Below, piece by piece: positions 56,579 through 64,000 of a DNA stretch of 64,000 nt. Below the pieces are notes generated by a model. The model had not been told where the DNA came from and made no database searches. It was given only the letters and a program-made list of their open reading frames with translations. The translations under genes and the position numbers were made by a program. Position 1 is the first letter of the stretch. Every line of letters begins with the position of its first letter. The DNA comes from a bacterium (GTDB taxonomy: Bacteria; T1Sed10-126), in assembly GCA_003554945.1 (NCBI GenBank), contig PWHN01000044.1, positions 27,386-91,385 of the forward strand, in the 5' to 3' direction.

Positions 56579-57094
56579 TCAACTGGGTTCAACAACCATG
56601 GTCATCATGTGACCTTCCATGGTCGGTTCTTTTGTCACTTCTCCCTCTTCCTCAAGCTCTTCTTTAATTTTATTCAATAGTCTCCTGCCCAGTTCAGGCT
56701 TGGTGATTTGCCTGCCCCGGAAGAAAACCTGGAACTTCACCTTATTGTTGTTATTCAAAAAACGTCTGGCGTCGTTAAGCTTAAAGTCCAAATCATGCTC
56801 TTCAATCTGCGGGTTGAAGCGCAGTTGTTTTAACTTCATCGTGTCCTGGGCCTGTCGCGCCGCCTGACGCGCCTTTTGCTTCTCATATTTATATTTGCCA
56901 TAATCCATCATCTTGACAACGACGGGCTTAGCGTTTGGCGCCACTTCGACCAGATCCTTGTCTCGACTTCTGGCCTCTTCCAACGCCTTCTCCGTAGACA
57001 CTATACCAATCTGCTCACTGTCCTCTGTGACCAGCCTTACCTCATCGTCAGTTATTTCCTCGTTAACCCGAATATTCTCTTCCGATTTTCCTAT
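56579..57094 (-). CDS. infC: Translation initiation factor IF-3
   Basis: RVNEEI, DLVEVAP, MDYGKYKY, IEEHD, FRGRQ; likely ATA start 8 nt after GGAGG (TTG 57097 is the alternative). Confidence 0.97.
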   Translation of the reverse strand: MGKSEENIRVNEEITDDEVRLVTEDSEQIGIVSTEKALEEARSRDKDLVEVAPNAKPVVVKMMDYGKYKYEKQKARQAARQAQDTMKLKQLRFNPQIEEHDLDFKLNDARRFLNNNNKVKFQVFFRGRQITKPELGRRLLNKIKEELEEEGEVTKEPTMEGHMMTMVVEPS

Positions 57095-57190
57095 CAAAGG
57101 CACCTCCAAAACAAGTTTTTGTGTATCCTTACCTGTACAACCAAGTAATGATATCTTATTTTCACCAAAATAATAACATTTTTTGGGGTT

Positions 57191-59122
57191 TTAGCCCAGT
57201 GGTGTTATCGGCTGTCTGGAATCAATGATCTGACGAAGCCGTTGAACGGCTTCATCAACAGACAGAGTGTTGCTTTCCTCCTCACCATAAGTTCGAACCT
57301 CAACACTTCTTGCCTCTTCTTCATCGCTACCGACTATAATTGCGTAGGGGATCTTCTGCTTGATAGCAGTCCGAATTCGTTTGCCAAGGCTTTCGGAGGC
57401 CGGCTGAATACTCGAATTGATGTTTTCATTTCGGAACTGAGCGGCTATTTCCTCGGCGTATTCGCGGTTTGCGGGATCAACCGGCAGAATCCAGACAGGG
57501 GTTGGTGCCAGCCAGGGGGGGAAGGCACCGCCGTAGTGTTCGACCAGACAGCCAAAAAACCTCTCAATTGACCCGAAAAGAGCCCGGTGAATCATAATTG
57601 GACGCTGTTCCTCGCCGTCCTCGTCAACATAGGCAACATCAAAACGTTCTGGAATATTAAAGTCCACCTGGATAGTGCTGCACTGCCACTCCCGGTCCAA
57701 TGAGTCACGAATTTTTAGGTCAATTTTAGGACCGTAATAAACCCCTTCGCCGGGGTCAATATCGTAATCAAGCCCGGCCTCTTCCAGAGCATTTTTGAGA
57801 GAGTTGGTGGCCAGCTCCCAGCGGTCCTCCGAACCAACGTAATCGTCCGGTCGGGTGCTTACAAATATTTCGTAGTCTTTAAATCCAAAAGTTGAAAGAA
57901 TTTCAGTGGTAAACTCAAGCAGCTGCTGCAGCTCCTCCTCAAGCTGTTTAGGCCGGCAGTATATGTGGGCGTCATCCTGGGTAAAACCTCGCACACGCAG
58001 AAGACCGTGTAAAACACCGGATTTTTCATAGCGGTAGACGGTCCCCAGCTCAGCGTATCGAATCGGCAGGTCGCGGTAACTACGGGTCCGGGAGTTAAAT
58101 ATTTGCATGTGAAAGGGACAGTTCATCGGCTTTACCCTGTAGTTACGGTCGTCCATCTCCATACGCGGGAACATGTGCTGCTTGTAATGATCCAGGTGAC
58201 CACTCACTTCCCAGAGTTCCTCCTGTGCCAGATGAGGAGTTCGAACTGAGCGATACCCCTCTTCGCGGTGGCGGTTGCGCCAGTAATTTTCAATTTCCTG
58301 ACGAATTTCAGCACCTCGCGGGTGCCAAATAATCAATCCGGGTCCCACCTCTTCGCTGATATGGAATAGATCAAGTTCACGTCCAAGACGACGGTGGTCC
58401 CGTTTTTTCGCTTCCTCCAGCATCTTTTCGTATTCTTCCAATTCAGTCTCAGTCTGAAAAGCAACCCCGTAAACTCGCTGGAGCATCGGACCGGTCTCGT
58501 CGCCACGCCAGTAGGCGCCGGCAAGCTTGGTAAGCTTTATCACGCCGAGGTCGCCGGTTGACATCAAGTGCGGGCCGCCACAGAGGTCTTCAAAATCCTG
58601 CTGGCGGTAGAAACTGGGCTCACCGTCAAGCTCGTCAAGTAGTTCCAGCTTGTATTCGGCTCCGCTTTCTTTAAATTTTTGCCGCGCCTCCTCGACGCTG
58701 CAGGAGTAACGCTCGATCGGGATGCCCCGCTGGATAATCTGCTGAATAATTCCCTCCAGGTTCTCCAGTTCGTCTTCTGAGAGATTACGCGGCAGATCAA
58801 AATCATAGTAAAAACCATCATCCACGGGCGGGCCTATCGCCAGTTTAAGGTCACCATCCATGTAGTATTGCATAGCATGAGCAAGCACATGAGAGGCGGT
58901 ATGCCAGTAGATATGCTTGCCGGCCGAATCTTCGTAAGTTACAAACTGTATTTCAGCGCCTTCCGGCGGCTGCTCACGCAAGTCCTGCAGCTCACCGTTA
59001 ACAAGCGCTCCCAGGGCTTCGTTTTTTTCTAATTTTTTTGCCAATTCATAAAGCGACTGGTCGTCGGGTATCTCTATTTTATCTCCCATAACATTAACCT
59101 GTTTCATCACAATCACTCGCAA
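57191..59122 (-). CDS. thrS: Threonine-tRNA ligase
   Basis: HTASHVLA, DLCGGPH, RDHRRLG, KPMNCP, RVRGFTQDDAH, YGPKID, IHRA; exact start uncertain (ATG 59107 possible). Confidence 0.98.
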   Translation of the reverse strand: MRVIVMKQVNVMGDKIEIPDDQSLYELAKKLEKNEALGALVNGELQDLREQPPEGAEIQFVTYEDSAGKHIYWHTASHVLAHAMQYYMDGDLKLAIGPPVDDGFYYDFDLPRNLSEDELENLEGIIQQIIQRGIPIERYSCSVEEARQKFKESGAEYKLELLDELDGEPSFYRQQDFEDLCGGPHLMSTGDLGVIKLTKLAGAYWRGDETGPMLQRVYGVAFQTETELEEYEKMLEEAKKRDHRRLGRELDLFHISEEVGPGLIIWHPRGAEIRQEIENYWRNRHREEGYRSVRTPHLAQEELWEVSGHLDHYKQHMFPRMEMDDRNYRVKPMNCPFHMQIFNSRTRSYRDLPIRYAELGTVYRYEKSGVLHGLLRVRGFTQDDAHIYCRPKQLEEELQQLLEFTTEILSTFGFKDYEIFVSTRPDDYVGSEDRWELATNSLKNALEEAGLDYDIDPGEGVYYGPKIDLKIRDSLDREWQCSTIQVDFNIPERFDVAYVDEDGEEQRPIMIHRALFGSIERFFGCLVEHYGGAFPPWLAPTPVWILPVDPANREYAEEIAAQFRNENINSSIQPASESLGKRIRTAIKQKIPYAIIVGSDEEEARSVEVRTYGEEESNTLSVDEAVQRLRQIIDSRQPITPLG

Positions 59123-59206
59123 TTCTGTTATTTGAAATTACTGTTCAAACGACGAAAAGAATACCATTATGGCCGGTTGTCTGCAAGTTTTACCTATCCC
59201 GGATTC

Positions 59207-59632
59207 CGTCATTCCGGCCTCCGAACCGGAAAACACCAGCTTAAAGCTCAAAGCCAAAAGCTGAAAGCTAATTCAAATCCATTAAGTGCTCATAATCTTG
59301 TTCATGTTCTTGAACTTGACGTCATTCCGGGCAAGCGACCGTAGGGAGCGCGATCCGGAATCCATGTTGGATTTTTAATGGTTATCAAACAATATTGGGA
59401 AACTTGCTCCGAGAAGAGGAAATTAGGATATTAGGAGATGAGGAGATTAGGCAAGGTCAAGTGCAGGGGAACACAAGTGCGGAAAACCTGAAACCTTAAA
59501 ATGGATTGCGGATCAGGGTCCGCAATGACGACCTTTAGGTCAAAACCATCCCCCCTTTCCTTTTCCCCCCTTGAAGGGGGGAAAGACAAAGGGGGGTGAA
59601 AAATGGATTGCGGGTCAGGGCCCGCAATGACG
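59207..59632. repeat. Repeat island: four REP-like GTCATT..AATCCA-type palindromes, a C/G-rich palindrome and 6-8-mer runs
   Basis: Palindromes at 59207, 59320, 59501 and 59603; AAAGCTN run near 59240; GGAGATTA-like run near 59420. Confidence 0.8.
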
Positions 59633-60070
59633 AGATCGGTAACGGTTTTCCCTTATTCCGCGGAAGAGTGTTGGAGAAAGGGAGAAAGACGATAGAAAAT
59701 TCTGGACCGACAGCACGGGGTATTTCAAAAAGTTGGTATTTTTTGTAAAGTTAACGATTGCAGATGCAAAAAACGCACAGTGTTTAAACTCATACTTTAT
59801 CCAACTGGAGGTTTTAATAATGGTTTGGCTGGCCGGAGGAGCAACACAGCCGAGCAAGCGGATCAGTGGCGAGACCAGGGAGTTGTCGCTAATTCTGCCG
59901 CTACAGATTCCAGAAGCCGGACTGGCGATAAAAGAAAACGCCCGCATAACCAGTTTGGGTGTTATAAATACTTCTTGATCGCCGCCACATAAATTGACAG
60001 AACAGAGGGTTTTGGTATGATTTTCAGGGCTGTAAAAAATCATCATCCAAATCAAGGAGGGAAAATACCT

Positions 60071-60394
60071 ATGACTGTATCGTTTGAGGACTTTCAAAAG
60101 CTCGATTTACGGATCGGCGAGGTGGTTGAATGCACCGATCATCCAAACGCCGACAATCTTTTACTACTGCAGACCGACGTTGGAGACAAAAAAATTCAGC
60201 TTGTCGCCGGATTGAAGGGCCATTACACACCGTCGGAGCTGGAGGGCAGGAAAATCGTCGTCCTGGTTAATCTTGAGCCGGCGACACTGCGCGGAGAGAA
60301 GAGCGAAGGAATGCTGCTGGCCGCTGACGGTGATGATGGTGTCTCGCTTCTTCAGCCGGATGCAGATGTGGCTGCAGGCACAAATATATTGTAG
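60071..60394 (+). CDS. Stand-alone tRNA-binding OB-fold protein (MetRS C-terminal / Trbp111 / CsaA family)
   Basis: SFEDFQKLDLRIG, HPNAD.L, NLEPA.LRG..SEGMLLAA. Confidence 0.9.
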   Translation: MTVSFEDFQKLDLRIGEVVECTDHPNADNLLLLQTDVGDKKIQLVAGLKGHYTPSELEGRKIVVLVNLEPATLRGEKSEGMLLAADGDDGVSLLQPDADVAAGTNIL

Positions 60395-60400
60395 AAATAA

Positions 60401-61714
<1,314 letters not shown>

Positions 61715-61799
61715 CCCGGTTAATTAACCGCGCGGCGCAGCGCTATTTTTAGTTATTTTTTAACAAAATGGTTCTATTGAAATCCTTACTGAAACCGGT

Positions 61800-61923
61800 C
61801 TACTCAAAGGTGTTGGGACTCATTCTTGATTGGCCTCCGGCCAATCTCCGAGGTATATCTGGCAATAATCAGATCATCCAAGATCTATTGCCAGCTATAA
61901 ATCCGTCAAACACCTTTGAGTAG
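61800..61923. other. 124-bp element with 15-bp terminal inverted repeats and two internal hairpins (MITE or structured RNA)
   Basis: CTACTCAAAGGTGTT...AACACCTTTGAGTAG; inner GATTGGCC/GGCCAATC and CTGGCAATA/TATTGCCAG stems. Confidence 0.55.
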
Positions 61924-62108
61924 CCCAAGTAAAGCGTATGGATATTTTTAAAAAGTAGCACTAATCAATTGCTCTCTAAGATAGCAAAAAGGATTTCAAT
62001 AGAGCCACTAAAATAACTGTATCTTTTTTATGCTGCTACAGCGGTGGCGCTGTAATTAATCGTGCCAGTTTGTAGTAAAATCAGAAAATTTTTGAGGTGA
62101 ATTAGGTA

Positions 62109-62903
62109 ATGATTGGCAAGGATATTCGTATGGAAAGATTGATGAACCGTGAGTCGGGCAACACAGTAATCGTGCCCATGGATCACGGCGTAACAATTGG
62201 GCCTGTGCCCGGTCTGGAAAATATGTCCCGGGCTGTCGACAACGTCGTTGAAGGAGGAGCGACGGCTGTGTTGATGCACAAAGGGATGGTGGCTCACGGA
62301 CACCGCGGCGGCGGTGAAGACGTGGGACTTATCATTCACATGTCCGCCAGCACTTCTCTTTCTCTGCGACCCAACCATAAGATCCAGAGCTGTACCGTTG
62401 AGGAAGCCGTTCGCATGGGTGCTGACGCTGTTTCAATCCATATTAATCTGGGTGCAGAAAACGAATACCTCATGCTCCAGAAATTTGGTGAAATTGGTAA
62501 TAAATGTCAGCAGTGGGGAATGCCGCTGGTCGCCATGATGTATACCCGCGGTCCTCGAATTGATAACGAGTATGAAACTGGCGTCGTCGCTCACGCTGCC
62601 CGGGTGGGCGCCGAGCTAGGCGCTGATATCGTCAAATGCAACTACACCGGCGATCCCGAGAGCTTCTCGCGTGTAATCGAAGGCTGTCCGGTTCCCGTAG
62701 TAATTGCCGGCGGTGAGAAAATGGACGACGAGGCCAGCATATTAGAGATGGTTCAGGAAGCTCTGAACGCCGGGGCGAGGGGTGTCTCCATCGGAAGAAA
62801 CGTTTTTCAGGCAGCATCCCCCGACCGCATGGTTGAGGCTATCTCCTCAATTGTTCACCACGGTCAGACGACAGATAAAGCGGAGGAGATTTTAAATGAG
62901 TAA
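62109..62903 (+). CDS. 2-amino-3,7-dideoxy-D-threo-hept-6-ulosonate synthase (DhnA-type class I aldolase, AroA')
   Basis: [36 protein letters not shown]; directly upstream of DHQ synthase II. Confidence 0.9.
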   Translation: MIGKDIRMERLMNRESGNTVIVPMDHGVTIGPVPGLENMSRAVDNVVEGGATAVLMHKGMVAHGHRGGGEDVGLIIHMSASTSLSLRPNHKIQSCTVEEAVRMGADAVSIHINLGAENEYLMLQKFGEIGNKCQQWGMPLVAMMYTRGPRIDNEYETGVVAHAARVGAELGADIVKCNYTGDPESFSRVIEGCPVPVVIAGGEKMDDEASILEMVQEALNAGARGVSIGRNVFQAASPDRMVEAISSIVHHGQTTDKAEEILNE

Positions 62904-63909
62904 AAAAGGTACGATTTGGGTAGCGGTTGATGACTACGATCGAAATTTTATCACTGGCTGTCTCGAGGCCGGTGTCGACGGTATTTACTGCGAGAAAGGC
63001 ATCGGTGAGCGAGTCGGGCAACTGGGAGTTGTGACGACTATAAGCCCGGACGGCGATCTTGTCCCCGGTGAAGATGTTACTACCGTTACAATTTCCGGCA
63101 AAGAGGACGAAGAAAAAGCATTATCCGAGGCTAAACAGCGCTATGTAATTGTGGAAACGGCCGACTGGATGATCATTCCGCTGGAAAATTTAATTGCCCA
63201 AACGGAAAATTTGTTTGCCCGTGTTGATTCGGCGGGGGACGCCCGAACTGCCCTGGAAACCCTGGAGAAAGGTGTGGACGGGGTTCTTCTTGATACTTCC
63301 AGTCTATCTGAGGTTGAACAGACGGTTGACCTGGTTAAGAATGTCGACGTCAGCTATGATCTGCAGACGGCCCGAATCACCGCGGTGAAAAAGCTCGGGC
63401 TTGGAGATCGGGTCTGTGTCGACACCTGCACTATGATGAATATGGGGGAAGGAATGTTGGTTGGTGACTCGAGCGCCGGCATGTTCCTGGTTTCTGCCGA
63501 GGTGAAAGAATCCGAATACGTCGCCTCCCGTCCCTTCCGGGTTAATGCCGGCGGAGTCCACGCTTACATTCGAGTGCCTGGCGACCGGACAAAATATCTG
63601 GCCGAACTACAGACTGGCGACGAAGTTACTGTTATCGATCATAAAGGCCGGGGTAAACCGGCAATAGTCGGTCGTTCCAAGCTGGAAAAACGGCCGTTGA
63701 TGAAGATAAACGCTGAACTGGAAACTGAGGAGGGCACGAAAGAAATATCGCTGGTTCTTCAGAACGCCGAGACTATTAACCTCGTGGCCCCGGGTGGCGA
63801 ACCCGTCTCAGTGGCACGGCTGCGGCCCGGCGATGAGGTGCTGGCCTTTTACGAAGAAGCCGGCAGACATTTTGGTGTAAAAGTAGAAGAGACTATAGCA
63901 GAGAAGTAA
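62896..63909 (+). CDS. 3-dehydroquinate synthase II (archaeal-type, AroB')
   Basis: [57 protein letters not shown]. Confidence 0.94.
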   Translation: MSKKGTIWVAVDDYDRNFITGCLEAGVDGIYCEKGIGERVGQLGVVTTISPDGDLVPGEDVTTVTISGKEDEEKALSEAKQRYVIVETADWMIIPLENLIAQTENLFARVDSAGDARTALETLEKGVDGVLLDTSSLSEVEQTVDLVKNVDVSYDLQTARITAVKKLGLGDRVCVDTCTMMNMGEGMLVGDSSAGMFLVSAEVKESEYVASRPFRVNAGGVHAYIRVPGDRTKYLAELQTGDEVTVIDHKGRGKPAIVGRSKLEKRPLMKINAELETEEGTKEISLVLQNAETINLVAPGGEPVSVARLRPGDEVLAFYEEAGRHFGVKVEETIAEK

Positions 63910-64000
63910 ACTGTCCTCCTAAGAAATTAAGAGAACTCTTAATTTTTTAGACAGCGGTAGCAGTCGCGAGCAATCATTAGCTCTTCGTTAGTAGGTATTA

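Overview
Chromosomal window from a diderm (complete Mla operon, several outer-membrane beta-barrels), probably anaerobic bacterium (desulfoferrodoxin-ferritin-rubrerythrin operon, ferredoxin). Its many Asp/Glu-rich proteins hint at a halophile. Core genes include dnaE (partial), rnhB, mgtE, pncB, pfkA, fbp, pyrF, folE2, rarA, thrS-infC-rpmI-rplT-pheS-pheT-zapB-like-zapA, eno, archaeal-type ADH synthase and DHQ synthase II, and three tRNAs (Arg-CCG, Arg-GCG, Glu-TTC). Most notable observations: (1) a 992-aa DHH-family phosphoesterase whose catalytic motifs are split by a ~400-aa insertion and which has two DHHA1-like GGH modules; (2) two copies of a 28-bp 11-6-11 palindrome between the iron/oxidative-stress operon and a Mn-type CDF exporter; (3) probable ATH (non-AUG) starts in mlaA and a pduS-like gene as well as infC; (4) an isolated pduS-pduT microcompartment pair; (5) an uncharacterised FecR/LPP20/CsgG-like/beta-barrel envelope module behind mla; (6) several small repeat families, including tRNA-linked repeats, octamer arrays, a MITE with 7-bp target duplications and REP-like palindromes; (7) several archaeal-type housekeeping enzymes. 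All calls come from reading motifs by eye; no database search or computation was run.
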